Counted from the stretch's first letter, positions 1 through 10,112 are shown. The stretch: 64,000 nt of DNA from an uncultured Bacteroidaceae bacterium (GCA_964345075.1 CAYFPS010000005.1:96103-160102); one strand, 5' to 3'. Numbers and translations are program-made. The notes: generated from the sequence alone by a model not told the origin.

Positions 1-629
1 GCCTGCACGGGCAGCACGGGTCTGCCGTCACGCCAACTCAAGCCTGTATCACCCAGATGCCCCTTGCCGCGCCACTCCGCCTCGATGCGAGAGAGCTCCT
101 TTGCCAGACGGCGTTCTTCCTGCTCGACTCTTTTGCGAAGTGTTCCAAGCTGGGCTGAGGCTGTATCACGAAGTTGTCCATCTTCGCCGATGCGCTTGCG
201 CACCGCATCAATTTCAGTCTGAAAGGCTCCAAGATCCTGAGCGAGCTGTCCAAGCCCGGGATAATCAGCGTGTGACAAGGCCTCGCGCAAGCTGTCACAC
301 AGCTCCAGCACAGCGACAAGATCCAGACACTGGCTACCTTCGAGGAAATCGGTTTTTTCAAGCAGGATCGGCATGACATGCTGGCCGTCCTCCAGCGCGG
401 AAAGACCCGGGCTTCCGGCGCGATCGAGCAGGACCATCCATTCGCTCAGCCTGCCCCGCTCTTCTTTCCATGCCCGGCGGCTTTCAGGTGCCTCGGCCAT
501 GAGTAGCGAGTTGCGCGCGGCTATGGTAAGTGCACCTTCAGCGATCCAGGCCAGAAGCCGGTCAACCTCAAGCGCCTGACGAGTGTCTGTATCACAATGA
601 AAGGACCAGGCGGTCTGCTGGCGACTCAT
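1..629 (-). CDS. mutS2: Endonuclease MutS2 (Smr-type), N-terminal part; the gene runs off the left edge of the window
   Basis: I translated the minus strand from the ATG at 629. The product reads MSRQQTAWSF...RIGEDGQLRDTASAQLGTLRKRVEQEERRLAKEL...RDGRPVLPVQA, which matches the conserved MutS2 N-terminal segments (..DSASxELxxIRxxL.., ..RYVLPVK..). The six-frame track omits it because the ORF has no in-window stop. Confidence 0.6.
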   Translation of the reverse strand, partial: MSRQQTAWSFHCDTDTRQALEVDRLLAWIAEGALTIAARNSLLMAEAPESRRAWKEERGRLSEWMVLLDRAGSPGLSALEDGQHVMPILLEKTDFLEGSQCLDLVAVLELCDSLREALSHADYPGLGQLAQDLGAFQTEIDAVRKRIGEDGQLRDTASAQLGTLRKRVEQEERRLAKELSRIEAEWRGKGHLGDTGLSWRDGRPVLPVQ

Positions 630-1108
630 AGGCGGAACTGCCTGAAATGGTGATGCAAATGGCGGTCCTGCAGCTTGGCCCATTGCAGGCGATCAAGCAT
701 ACCGAAGGCCGGGTGAGCATGCTTGGCCAGCGGGTTTCCCAGCACTTCGCGGTGAACGCGGCGCAATAATGCTGCCAGCTCTGCCTTCAATTCAGCAAAG
801 GACCTGCCTGAAAGCGCGATCAGTTCAGGCGTCGTGGGCAGACCCGGTGGAATGGGCAGTGGTAGCATGGCCAGCGGCCTTATAAGTCGGCCAAGCCAGC
901 GGGGACCATACTGGCCGCCGGACTCTTCACCAATCGAGCAAGCGAGACTATGAATCAGGTGCTCGAGCATGGCTGCTGCCGACATGCGTCCCCAGCGCGG
1001 GCTGGCGTGCTCCTCAAGCGCTTCCAGTCGCTGTAGATAGATGTCCACACGTGAACTGTCGATCAGACTCATTGCCCTGCCTCGTTGGTGAAGCTGAAAA
1101 GATAGCAA
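626..1108 (-). CDS. DinB/YfiT-like putative metal-dependent protein (DUF1569-like)
   Basis: 160 aa with His-rich helix-bundle motifs (HLIHSL, HREV, HLHHHF). Its stop overlaps the mutS2 start (ATGA). Confidence 0.4.
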   Translation of the reverse strand: MLSFQLHQRGRAMSLIDSSRVDIYLQRLEALEEHASPRWGRMSAAAMLEHLIHSLACSIGEESGGQYGPRWLGRLIRPLAMLPLPIPPGLPTTPELIALSGRSFAELKAELAALLRRVHREVLGNPLAKHAHPAFGMLDRLQWAKLQDRHLHHHFRQFRL

Positions 1109-1135
1109 AGCGATCAGCCCTGCTCAGGTGAGCCT

Positions 1136-2338
1136 TCAGTCGCTTTCGCTCTCGCCTTCACTCCAGCGAAGAACGAAACAGGTTCCCTTGCCGGGCAGGC
1201 TGTCCAGATGAAGGCTGATGCCTGCGCGCTCAAGCAGGTAAAGAGTAGAGGAAAGACCGAGCCCGGTGCCTGTCACACGGCCTTTGCCGCGCTCGGAAAG
1301 AGGTGCCTTGGTGGTAAAGAAGGGTTCGAAGATGCGCTCACGCAGCTCATCGGGAATGCCGCAGCCCGTGTCCTCAATCTCCAGCTCGGCGGCATTGCGC
1401 GTGCAGCGACTGCGAATCCGCAGAATGCGCGGATCCGACTCGCGCATGGCATCCATCGCATTGTTGACCAGATTCATGATGGCCTGACTCAGCTCCGCTG
1501 GAATGCAGGTAACCGTGGGCAGATCCTCATCGAAGTGGAAAACTTTATGCACCTGATGCTTGAAGAAGGGGTCGGCCTCGAGCAGTTTGAGATCGCGCTT
1601 TAAAAGCTCATTCACATTCACCGGAATCGGACTCGAGGCCTGATCGTCGCGAAGCCGCATCATCAGACTGGTCACAATCCCGGTCATGCGCTCAACCTGC
1701 TGGGCAAGTCGCTGCAGCTCGTCGGCCTCGATCCCCTCAATCCCCTGCTGGTGCTTGAATTCGATAAGCTGCAGTTGCCCCTGAAGAACCTGAAGCGGGT
1801 TGTTGAGGTTGTGGGCGATGCCGGAGGCCAGCATGCCGATTTCGGAAAGGCGCTGCATCTGCCGTAGCTGGCGCTCAAGTTCAAGCTCCTGGCTGCGGTC
1901 GATGAGGTAATGGGCCACCATTTGAATGCGGCCATCAACATCGATCAAGGGCGTGGAAAAGAGATCGACGCAACTACGCACAGGGTCGACCCAGTCGTGC
2001 CCGCGGCTGGGTTCGAGCAGGCGCACGCCCTCCAGACGAACGCTTCCCGCGCTGCCACGCGTCACCACCTGCTGCTGGATTTCCCGCAGTTGCCGATTGA
2101 GTGTTCTGCCTGGAAGTTGCCGGACCTTGCTTACATCGCCACCTGCTGCAGCCATGTTTCCACGCAGGACACTGCAGTTGAGGTCTACAAGCACCATTGG
2201 ATAGGGCAGCGCATCAAGGGTTTGCTCCCATTGACGCTTGGCCGATTCCAGCGCGCTGTAAACCATGCTGAGGGACGATTGTGACATAAAACGAGTATCG
2301 GCTGCGATCAGCTTCAGTTTAAGCTTGCTTCGCGGCAA
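1136..2338 (-). CDS. PAS-domain sensor histidine kinase
   Basis: HisKA motif SGIAHNLNNPLQVL and HATPase_c motifs (NLVNNAMDAM, DTGCGIP, GTGLGLS). The track start is a TTG at 2338 preceded by GAAGGAGA; an ATG 17 codons downstream (2287) is an alternative. Confidence 0.8.
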   Translation of the reverse strand: MPRSKLKLKLIAADTRFMSQSSLSMVYSALESAKRQWEQTLDALPYPMVLVDLNCSVLRGNMAAAGGDVSKVRQLPGRTLNRQLREIQQQVVTRGSAGSVRLEGVRLLEPSRGHDWVDPVRSCVDLFSTPLIDVDGRIQMVAHYLIDRSQELELERQLRQMQRLSEIGMLASGIAHNLNNPLQVLQGQLQLIEFKHQQGIEGIEADELQRLAQQVERMTGIVTSLMMRLRDDQASSPIPVNVNELLKRDLKLLEADPFFKHQVHKVFHFDEDLPTVTCIPAELSQAIMNLVNNAMDAMRESDPRILRIRSRCTRNAAELEIEDTGCGIPDELRERIFEPFFTTKAPLSERGKGRVTGTGLGLSSTLYLLERAGISLHLDSLPGKGTCFVLRWSEGESESD

Positions 2339-2801
2339 TCTCCTTCAGGAAATTCAACAAACAGGCCTCCAGCTCGTCGATGCCCTCCCGGTATTCATCC
2401 CAGTCGGCGCGAACGAAGTCATAAATGCCGGCATCGTTGCGAAAACGCTCATTCGGGTGAAACTCGGTAATCACGTGAATCCCGCCCTTCACCAGATCCA
2501 CATCCCCGCCCAGTTCATGACGCACGGCAGCTTCGTGATGCGGCTCCATGCAGATGATCCAGTCAGCTTCGCGCAACAGGAAATAGCTCATCGGGCGCGA
2601 GCGGTGTGCCGCGGCGTCGATGCCGCGCTCTTGCAGGGCCTTAAGCGTAAAGGGCGCAGCCTCATCGCCGGAAAGGCGCAAGGTGCCGCAGGAGCTGACG
2701 ATTCCCTCGACGCCCTGCTCTGCCAGCCAGGCGCGCACCCGCCACTCGGCGAAGGGGCTGCGGCAGACATTGCCCGAGCAGATGAAGCAGAGTTGGGTCA
2801 T
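2319..2801 (-). CDS. Low-molecular-weight protein-tyrosine phosphatase / ArsC-type
   Basis: Canonical N-terminal CX5R P-loop (MTQLCFICSGNVCRS). The track ORF extends upstream into the tandem repeat as (TSSR)n; I prefer the start at 2801. Confidence 0.75.
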   Translation of the reverse strand: MTQLCFICSGNVCRSPFAEWRVRAWLAEQGVEGIVSSCGTLRLSGDEAAPFTLKALQERGIDAAAHRSRPMSYFLLREADWIICMEPHHEAAVRHELGGDVDLVKGGIHVITEFHPNERFRNDAGIYDFVRADWDEYREGIDELEACLLNFLKEIAAKQA

Positions 2802-2805
2802 GGGG

Positions 2806-3050
2806 TCCTTCCGACTACTGGTCCGACTACTGGTCCGACTGCTGGTCCGACCATTGGTCCGACTACTGGTCGGACCAACACTTTCCGCCATTCGTCCAAA
2901 TACTCAGACAATTCCTTTGCCCATTTCCCTGGTTCGACCTGTTTTCAGCTTTGGTCTGTCCAGTACTGGTGGTTCGTCCGACTGCTGGTCCGACTATTGG
3001 TCCGACCACTGGTCCGACCACTCGTCCGACTACTCGTCCAACCACAGCCC
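2806..3050. repeat. Degenerate tandem array of a 12 bp unit (TCCGACTACTGG), about 20 units in two cleaner blocks (2810-2880 and 2975-3050)
   Basis: Read directly from the sequence. It lies between the stop of the DUF3298 gene and the start of the phosphatase gene. Confidence 0.85.
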
Positions 3051-3081
3051 TTCCACCACCCCGCCCGCTCGCGCTTAAGGC

Positions 3082-3759
3082 TCAGGCTTGCTCGATTAAC
3101 CAGCAGGTCAAACTGCCATAGGCATAAGCCGCTACATCGTAGGGGTTGAAGTGCACCAACAGGCCCTCAGGCAGTAGTTGCAGCCGATCCTCAAAGTGCT
3201 CATCACAAAGCGCAATGAATCCTGGCCGCCAAAAGGGATCGAGTCCCTTGCCGCCCCGCTTGATTAGCTCATGATTCAGCAAATCCTCCACCTGCTCGCA
3301 GAAGTTCTGCCAATCGGCGGCATCCGGAACAAAGAGACTGTCAACAATAAGCGGGCATAGCGGCTCTCCTGCTTCGAAAAGGCCGAAGTCACTCACGCTG
3401 TTGCCGTGTGCGCCACCCGTGTACCAGTAGCGGTCCGTCCTCAACGCGATCAGATTGCCACTGACCCACAGGACCGAACAGGCATTCATGGCATGGTAAG
3501 GCATAATACGCTTGCCCCACTCATCAAGACAGAACTCTTTCGGCAGACCGTCCACCGTTCCAAGGCAGAAGGCCAGGCCATCACGCCTGAGAAGGCCGGA
3601 GAGCAGCTGCTCGCCACCCAGATTGCTGGTGAATTCCGGCCAGCTGACTTCAAGAATGCTGTGCTCGGCAATTGTATCACGCAGCGACTCCTGATGCCAC
3701 TCCAGCGGCGCAGAGAAAGCGACAGTCGCCAGCACGAAATAAAGCCACAGGCGCATCAA
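3082..3759 (-). CDS. Secreted DUF3298/DUF4163 (RsiV/PdaC-like) domain protein
   Basis: Signal peptide and the hallmark YTGGAHGN motif. Confidence 0.6.
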   Translation of the reverse strand: MMRLWLYFVLATVAFSAPLEWHQESLRDTIAEHSILEVSWPEFTSNLGGEQLLSGLLRRDGLAFCLGTVDGLPKEFCLDEWGKRIMPYHAMNACSVLWVSGNLIALRTDRYWYTGGAHGNSVSDFGLFEAGEPLCPLIVDSLFVPDAADWQNFCEQVEDLLNHELIKRGGKGLDPFWRPGFIALCDEHFEDRLQLLPEGLLVHFNPYDVAAYAYGSLTCWLIEQA

Positions 3760-6410
3760 TCCTCCAGCATCTGCTTGAGCGAAATCAACAGTTTCATCGC
3801 GTCCAGTGGAGTCATGCTCTCAACATCGGCCTCGCGAATGCGGCGCCGCATATCCTGATCCGGTGCGAAGAACAGGTTCAGCTGATCTTTTGGTTCGGCC
3901 ACTTGTCCGGGCTTCTGCTGCAGACTGGGTGTCAGATCAGCCGAGTATTCGTGGGCTTCCAGCTGCGCCAGGACTTCACGAGCGCGTTGTATCACAAGAG
4001 TCGGCAGGCCGGCCATCCGTGCAACGTCAATTCCGTAACTGTGACTGCAGCCACCCGGCAAAATTCGGCGTGTAAAGAGAATGCGCTCACCGTACTGCCG
4101 GACTTCGATGTTGGCGTTGCGCAGGCGAACCAGGCTCTGCTCCAGTGCAACGAGCTCGTGATAATGTGTGGCGAAGAGCGTCAGGGCGCGGCGCCCGGGA
4201 GCGTCATGCAGGAACTCGGTGATCGACCAGGCAAGACTAAGGCCGTCGAAAGTGCTGGTGCCGCGGCCAATCTCATCGAGTAATACAAGACTCTTGTCGG
4301 TGGCGTGATTCAAAATGAAGGCGGCCTCATTCATCTCCACCAGAAAAGTCGATTCGCCACCGGCCAGATTGTCACTCGCGCCGACACGCGTAAAAATGCG
4401 ATCACGCAATGGAATGGTTGCGCTCTCGGCGGGCACATGACAACCCATGTGTGCCATTAGCGTTATCAATCCGGTCATGCGCAGGTAAGTGCTCTTTCCC
4501 GCCATATTAGGGCCCGTCAGCAGCAGCACCTGCTCGCGATCGCTTTGCAGGTGCACGTCGTTGGGCACAAAGCGCTCGCCCGCTGGCAGAACCTGCTCGA
4601 TCACCGGATGACGTGCCTGCTTCAGGAAAAACTCACCCTTGGTGCTGATCCGGGGACGACAATAATTCCATTGCCGTGATACAAGCGCGAAAGAAATGAG
4701 CACATCGAGCTCGGCAATCGCCCGGGCGTTATGCTGAATCGCACGGTAATGCGGCCTGGCTCTGGCCGTTACTTCCTGAAAGAGCTGCTGCTCCAGTTGG
4801 GCGATTTTCTCCTCGGCCCCCAGCACCTTGTCTTCATACTCCTTCAGCTCCGGAGTGATGAAGCGCTCGGCATTGACGAGGGTCTGCCTGCGGTTGTAGT
4901 GCTCGGGTACACGCGAAAGATTGGCCTTCGAGATTTCAATGTGATAGCCGAAGACCTTGTTGAACTTGATCTTGAGATTGCTGATTCCGGTGCTGGCCCG
5001 CTCCTGCTCTTCAAAGCGGCGAATCCAGTCCTTGCCCCCCGTCATGATCTCGCGCAGGTCATCCAGTTCCTGTGATACACCGTTGCGAATCACCCCACCC
5101 TGATTGATGGCCAGTGGCGGTTGATCCACAATCCAGCGCTCGATGCGGCTGGAAAGCTCGGGCAGTGGATCAAGCAGAGAAAGCAGCTGGTAGATCAATC
5201 CTTCTTCAGCCGATATCTCGCCCAGACGGGCCATCAGATCTGGTATCACGGAAAGGGCAGCAGAAAGCGTCTTCAGATCACGCCCATTGGCGCGATCCGC
5301 GGCCAGACGCGCCACAATGCGTTCGAGGTCGCCAATTCCCTTTAGCAGACCGGTCAGTTCATCCAGCTGACGATAGCCCAGCAGTTCATCCAGCGCATCA
5401 TGCCGGGCGCGGATCCGGTCCGCCTCAGAGGGAATATCAGTCAGCCAATAGCGCAACTGCCTGCGCCCCATCGGTGTAACACATCGATCCAGCGTCTTCA
5501 GCAGGGTCGGCCCCTGCTCGCTGTTCATCGACCGTATCAACTCCAGGTTCCGGCGTGTCGATGGATCAATCAGCAGGCGGCCGGCGGGATCGTGTCGGCG
5601 CAGACCGGAGATGTGTTCAAGACCGGACTTCAGGTTCTCGCGCGCATAGTGCAACAGTGCACCCGCGCAAGCCACGGCTTCCGGCTCTTCTTCCAGGCCG
5701 AAGCCCTTCAGGCTGCTCACATTAAAATGCTCGCAAAGATCACGGCGCGCAGAATCGGGACTGAAGAACCAGTCCTCCATGCGTGTACTGACGGCCTTGC
5801 CCACAAGCGGCGCCAGCTCTTTGGCTTGCCCGCGCATCACAAGAACCTCAGCGACTTCGAGCGATGCGATCAGCTCGCGCAGCACCGGCTCCGTGTATTC
5901 GCCTGCAGCGAATTCGCCCGTTGTCACATCGGACCAGGCAAGTCCGTAACCCATTTTGGTCTTTTTGAGTGCGGCCAGAAAGTTGTTGCCACCCGACTCC
6001 ATCACATCACTGGTAAAGCGGGTTCCCGCCGTAACCACTTCCACCACATCGCGGCGGACAAGCCCCTTGGCCTTCTTCGGATCTTCCACCTGCTCGCAAA
6101 CGGCCACCCGGTAGCCGGCACGCACCATTTTGGCCAGGTTGGGTTCAACAGCGTGATAGGGAAAGCCCGCCAGCGGGACATCCTCGCCGCCCTGCTGGCC
6201 ACGACTGGTCATCACCAGCCCCAGTACCTCGTGGGCAATGCGGGCATCGTCGTAGAACATCTCGTAGAAATCGCCCATGCGGTAGAAGAGCACGTGATCG
6301 GGATAGCGTTGCTTGATTTCCCGATACTGGCGCAGCATGGGTGTATCACCGTGTCCGGCGCTCACTTGCGCTCCTCCTGGCGATAGGGGCGATAGTCCTC
6401 TACTAGGCAT
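3756..6410 (-). CDS. mutS: DNA mismatch repair protein MutS
   Basis: N-terminus MLRQYREIKQRYPDHVLFYRMGDFYEMF, a Walker A (GPNMAGKSTYLR) and the MutS domain order. The true start is probably the internal MLRQY. Confidence 0.9.
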   Translation of the reverse strand: MPSRGLSPLSPGGAQVSAGHGDTPMLRQYREIKQRYPDHVLFYRMGDFYEMFYDDARIAHEVLGLVMTSRGQQGGEDVPLAGFPYHAVEPNLAKMVRAGYRVAVCEQVEDPKKAKGLVRRDVVEVVTAGTRFTSDVMESGGNNFLAALKKTKMGYGLAWSDVTTGEFAAGEYTEPVLRELIASLEVAEVLVMRGQAKELAPLVGKAVSTRMEDWFFSPDSARRDLCEHFNVSSLKGFGLEEEPEAVACAGALLHYARENLKSGLEHISGLRRHDPAGRLLIDPSTRRNLELIRSMNSEQGPTLLKTLDRCVTPMGRRQLRYWLTDIPSEADRIRARHDALDELLGYRQLDELTGLLKGIGDLERIVARLAADRANGRDLKTLSAALSVIPDLMARLGEISAEEGLIYQLLSLLDPLPELSSRIERWIVDQPPLAINQGGVIRNGVSQELDDLREIMTGGKDWIRRFEEQERASTGISNLKIKFNKVFGYHIEISKANLSRVPEHYNRRQTLVNAERFITPELKEYEDKVLGAEEKIAQLEQQLFQEVTARARPHYRAIQHNARAIAELDVLISFALVSRQWNYCRPRISTKGEFFLKQARHPVIEQVLPAGERFVPNDVHLQSDREQVLLLTGPNMAGKSTYLRMTGLITLMAHMGCHVPAESATIPLRDRIFTRVGASDNLAGGESTFLVEMNEAAFILNHATDKSLVLLDEIGRGTSTFDGLSLAWSITEFLHDAPGRRALTLFATHYHELVALEQSLVRLRNANIEVRQYGERILFTRRILPGGCSHSYGIDVARMAGLPTLVIQRAREVLAQLEAHEYSADLTPSLQQKPGQVAEPKDQLNLFFAPDQDMRRRIREADVESMTPLDAMKLLISLKQMLED

Positions 6411-6982
6411 TTGTCCTTCCAGTCACGGCCTGCCCTTTTAGCTTCCCGTTTGGAATCAAAGTGTCCGGCCAGCGCACGATGAATGCGGCCATCACGTATC
6501 ACATGAACGGCAACGCCTGCATCCTTCAGTTTCTTCAGGGCCTTTGCCGCATTGGCTTCTGAGGAAAAGGCGCCCACCTGCACGGACCACGCCAGCGAAG
6601 TAGTGCTTGAAAGCGCACAGGAATAGTCATCGTCCAGCACGACCTCGAAGCGGCTGCGCCAGAAAGCCAGACTGTCTTCCTCACCCGTGATACAAAAATG
6701 ATCACAAAGGTGTGTCAGCGCTTCGCGCCTGACCCACTCCGGTCCTTCCAGACTGGAAATGCTGCGCATGTAATTCAAAATAGCAGCGGGATCCTTTACG
6801 GAGTGGCTACGCACCAACAGGCGTTCAGCCTCTGTGCAGCCCTGTGATACAAGCAACTCGCATTGAATTTGATCCCCGGCTAGCCAGGCATCCTGCAGGG
6901 GGCTGGCCACAAGAGCTGGGAGTAGCAGCAAGAGAAACGCGCCGAAGAGTTCACCCCGACGCGTCGTGATCCACTGAAACAT
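6362..6982 (-). CDS. SPOR-domain (peptidoglycan-binding) protein
   Basis: C-terminal SPOR repeat (VQVGAFSSEANAAKALKKLKDAGVAVHVI...) after an N-terminal transmembrane helix. I chose the ATG at 6982; the track ORF extends to 7063. Confidence 0.6.
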   Translation of the reverse strand: MFQWITTRRGELFGAFLLLLLPALVASPLQDAWLAGDQIQCELLVSQGCTEAERLLVRSHSVKDPAAILNYMRSISSLEGPEWVRREALTHLCDHFCITGEEDSLAFWRSRFEVVLDDDYSCALSSTTSLAWSVQVGAFSSEANAAKALKKLKDAGVAVHVIRDGRIHRALAGHFDSKREAKRAGRDWKDKCLVEDYRPYRQEERK

Positions 6983-7020
6983 GGCCTTTTGGCACACAGG
7001 TTTCGGGCTTTGGCCCATAC

Positions 7021-8166
7021 TTAGCAGTCGCTCAGCTTGCCCATGGTATCCCAGCCGCGGCATTTGGGACAGCGGAAAGAGAACTCACTGCTCTCGTATC
7101 CGCAGCTGCGGCAGCGGTAGCGGCGGGATTCTTCCATCAGGCGATCTGCCAGATCGATGGTAAATGAGCAGAGGCGCTTTGTATCACCGCTGCGAGCCAG
7201 CAGTCGAACCATCATACGGGAAAGCGAGAGATTGCCGGGAAGCTTCTCCAGACCTTCATCCAGAATGCGCACCGCCTGATCGTACTCACCCTTGCGCTGA
7301 TAGAAACCAGCCAGTGCGATATATGCATCCGTGTTCTTCGGCTTGGAGGCGATTACACGGCTGTAGAAGTTCTCCATCTCCGAGAAGCGACCAGACTCGA
7401 AGTAGTAGCGCTCCAGGCGATCGAAGACGAGTTGCGCGTGATCGGGCGCCTCAAAGGGAAGCTGCTCCCAGTACTGGATCGCTTCTTCCATGCGATCCTC
7501 AGACTGATAGGAATCACCCATCAGCAGGTAGGCAGCGGCACAGGCCTTGTTCAACTTGAGGGCCTCTTTCAGGAGCACACGCCCGGCGCGCCCCGAACCC
7601 TCTTCCATTTTGACTCTGGCCTGCTCCACCTTGATCAGACCTCGGCGCAGATTCTGCTCACGGCCACTCAGGCTTTCGATCTTCTTCAGCACGTCGAGCG
7701 CATCATCCCAGCGATCCTGGCTCTCAAAAAGTTCAAGCTGTGTTACAAGACTGGAGACATTGCGTCGATCCGAACGAATCGCCTTGGCCACCATCTCGAG
7801 GGCTTCTTCGACGCGGCCCATTTGCCTTAAGTCGCGAGCAAGTTCCAGCTGCACGCGCGCCCTGTCGCCATCGGAAAGGCCATGACGAACGGTCAGCTCG
7901 CGGTGGATCTTCATCGCCCGCTGACCATCACCCAGTTCGCGGTAAACACGACCCAGCTGCTCGTATGCGCGAATGTTGTCGCTGTTGCGTTCCACGGCGC
8001 TGCGGAAGAGTCGTGCAGCTTCCTTCCAGTCCTTGCGGACCATGGCTTCCAGTCCGTCAACAAAGGGGTCGGTGCTTTCGGCCAGCGCCTCACGCTTTCC
8101 GATCCACTGATAGACAATCAGCAGCGCCAAGAGCAGCGCGGCCAGCAGAAACAGGTAAGTCATCAT
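7021..8166 (-). CDS. lapB: LapB/YciM-like TPR protein with a C-terminal rubredoxin-type zinc ribbon
   Basis: N-terminal transmembrane helix, multiple TPR repeats and a C-terminal CRSCGYESSEFSFRCPKCRGWDT. It is adjacent to a lapA-like gene. Confidence 0.7.
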   Translation of the reverse strand: MMTYLFLLAALLLALLIVYQWIGKREALAESTDPFVDGLEAMVRKDWKEAARLFRSAVERNSDNIRAYEQLGRVYRELGDGQRAMKIHRELTVRHGLSDGDRARVQLELARDLRQMGRVEEALEMVAKAIRSDRRNVSSLVTQLELFESQDRWDDALDVLKKIESLSGREQNLRRGLIKVEQARVKMEEGSGRAGRVLLKEALKLNKACAAAYLLMGDSYQSEDRMEEAIQYWEQLPFEAPDHAQLVFDRLERYYFESGRFSEMENFYSRVIASKPKNTDAYIALAGFYQRKGEYDQAVRILDEGLEKLPGNLSLSRMMVRLLARSGDTKRLCSFTIDLADRLMEESRRYRCRSCGYESSEFSFRCPKCRGWDTMGKLSDC

Positions 8167-8570
8167 AATCCGGAATTCCTGGCGGCTGTAACCTCGTCGA
8201 GTTCCTGATCGCGGTCGGTGGTGAGCCCTTCACCAGCGCTGGAGCCCGCACCCGCACCCTCGAGCTCGTGATCATCCAACACGCTCAGGTTGCGCAGCCG
8301 TGTGAGCTCTTCCTTGAGGTCGCGATTGTGTCGCTCCAACTGGCGAATGCGGGCGCGCAGTTCCAGTGATGCAAATAGCGCAAAGACCGCCCAGACCGCC
8401 ATGCCCAGCCCCAGCGCAATCAGCGCGATAACGGCTACAGGCAGACCCTCAAGTCTATAGAGCGGCACCCAGGGCAGGACAAGATCGACTTTTTGCGAAA
8501 AATTGAAGGCGGCAAAGAGCGCCGCATAAATGAGGAAGATCAGGGTCAGGAACCAGCGAATCACCCACAT
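8163..8570 (-). CDS. lapA: LapA/YciS-like (DUF1049) inner-membrane protein
   Basis: Two transmembrane helices followed by a coiled coil. Its 4 bp overlap with lapB reproduces the conserved lapA-lapB pairing. Confidence 0.6.
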   Translation of the reverse strand: MWVIRWFLTLIFLIYAALFAAFNFSQKVDLVLPWVPLYRLEGLPVAVIALIALGLGMAVWAVFALFASLELRARIRQLERHNRDLKEELTRLRNLSVLDDHELEGAGAGSSAGEGLTTDRDQELDEVTAARNSGL

Positions 8571-8616
8571 GGACCACCTCGAATCTTGGCTGCGATTGAC
8601 AAACCGTGATACACGG

Positions 8617-10071
8617 TCAGGCGACGGAAACCTGCTTGAGACTGGGCGGCGTCACCCAGACATCCTGTCCGGCGTCCAACTCCTGGATCGGACGCCCTTC
8701 AACATGTGTCACATGACCGCGCAACGTGAAGGAACGAACCTCGTCTACTTTCACAGTAACCATCGCTCCCGGACCGTAGCGAGGATCGTCGGGCACAACA
8801 ACCACGCGGTTGCAGGTACTGCGCCCCATCCACTCATTGTCGTTCTTTTTGCTGGTCGATTCAACCAGAACTTCGAAGCTCCGCCCCGCACAGGCAGCCG
8901 CGCGAGCTTCTGTGATACGCCGCTGAAGCTCCACCAGGCGGCGCAGCCTGCTGTTCTTTTCAGCTGCGGGAACATCGTCTTCCCACTTGGCGCTGGGAGC
9001 CCCGTCGCGCGGGCTGTACTCAAAGGTAAAGGCGCTGTCGAACTGCACGCGCTCGACCAGCTTGAGCGTGTCCTCGAACTCGGCCTCTGTCTCCGTAGGG
9101 AAGCCGACGATGATGTCGGTTGAAAAGCCGATATCGGGCATGGCGGCACGGGCCTTTTCCACCAGCGTAGCGAACTCTTCAAAGGTGTAATCGCGACGCA
9201 TCAGCTTCAGCACACGGTCGTTTCCGGCCTGCATGGGCAGATGCACGTGCTTGCAGACCTTGGGATTCTCCGCCATCTCGCGAATCATTTCGTCGCTGAA
9301 ATCCTTGGGATGCGGGCTGGTAAAACGAATGCGGTCGATGCCCTCCACTTCGGATACAGCGCGCAGAAGCTCAGGAAAAGCGGCGCCTGATTCGCTACCC
9401 CCCCATAACGGATCGCGGTAGCTGTTGACGTTCTGGCCCAGCAGCGTCACCTCGCGAAAGCCTTCAGCCGCCAGCCGACGACACTCTTCCACCACGCTGG
9501 CCACACTGCGGCTGCGTTCGCGGCCACGGGTAAAGGGCACAATGCAGAAGGTGCACATGTTATCGCAGCCGCGCATGATCGTCACCCAGGCGTTGGTTCC
9601 CGAGCTGCGCGCCGGATAGATTTCGTCGTAGTTTTCCGTCTTGTCACGCCGGGTCAGAATGTGCTGCTTTTCGCGGCTGACCAGCAGGTCGCGAATAATG
9701 CCCGGCAAATTGCGGTACTGGTCGGGGCCAACCACCAGATCCACATGGGGGTGACTTTCGACGATCTTGTTTGAAAGGTGAGCGCTCATGCAGCCCAGCA
9801 CGCCCAGAATCAGCTGCGGGCGCTCCTGCTTCATGGGCTTCCAGCTGGCGATCTGGCCCAGCACGCGCTGTTCGGCGCCTTCGCGCACGGCACAGGTGTT
9901 GACGAGCACGACTTCCGCGCCCTCAATGCTCTCCTGCAGCACGTGGGCATCGTCCTCCAGCAGCCGGCCCACCAGCTCCGAATCGTAGAGATTCATCTGG
10001 CAGCCATAGGTCTCGATGTAGACCTTCAACGAGGCCTGATCCGTCCCGCTCATGACGCTCCATTTCTTCAT
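8617..10071 (-). CDS. miaB: tRNA-2-methylthio-N6-dimethylallyladenosine synthase MiaB
   Basis: YIETYGCQMN MTTase N-terminus, a radical-SAM CxxxCxxC (CDNMCTFC) and a TRAM domain. Confidence 0.9.
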   Translation of the reverse strand: MKKWSVMSGTDQASLKVYIETYGCQMNLYDSELVGRLLEDDAHVLQESIEGAEVVLVNTCAVREGAEQRVLGQIASWKPMKQERPQLILGVLGCMSAHLSNKIVESHPHVDLVVGPDQYRNLPGIIRDLLVSREKQHILTRRDKTENYDEIYPARSSGTNAWVTIMRGCDNMCTFCIVPFTRGRERSRSVASVVEECRRLAAEGFREVTLLGQNVNSYRDPLWGGSESGAAFPELLRAVSEVEGIDRIRFTSPHPKDFSDEMIREMAENPKVCKHVHLPMQAGNDRVLKLMRRDYTFEEFATLVEKARAAMPDIGFSTDIIVGFPTETEAEFEDTLKLVERVQFDSAFTFEYSPRDGAPSAKWEDDVPAAEKNSRLRRLVELQRRITEARAAACAGRSFEVLVESTSKKNDNEWMGRSTCNRVVVVPDDPRYGPGAMVTVKVDEVRSFTLRGHVTHVEGRPIQELDAGQDVWVTPPSLKQVSVA

Positions 10072-10112
10072 TGGCAAAGCTGAAAAGAGTAGCAAATTCC
10101 GGCTGGATGGGC

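Noticed and set aside
1208-1603. Plus-strand ORFs antisense to the histidine kinase and mutS (1208-1603, 4731-5075, 5400-6386)
   Set aside because: They overlap strongly supported minus-strand genes, and their amino-acid composition is typical of GC-rich antisense frames.
2265-3149. Plus-strand ORFs through the 12 bp tandem array encoding (LVRLLVRP)n (2265-3149, 2620-3078)
   Set aside because: They are produced by the in-frame tandem repeat and overlap the phosphatase gene on the other strand. There is no independent support.
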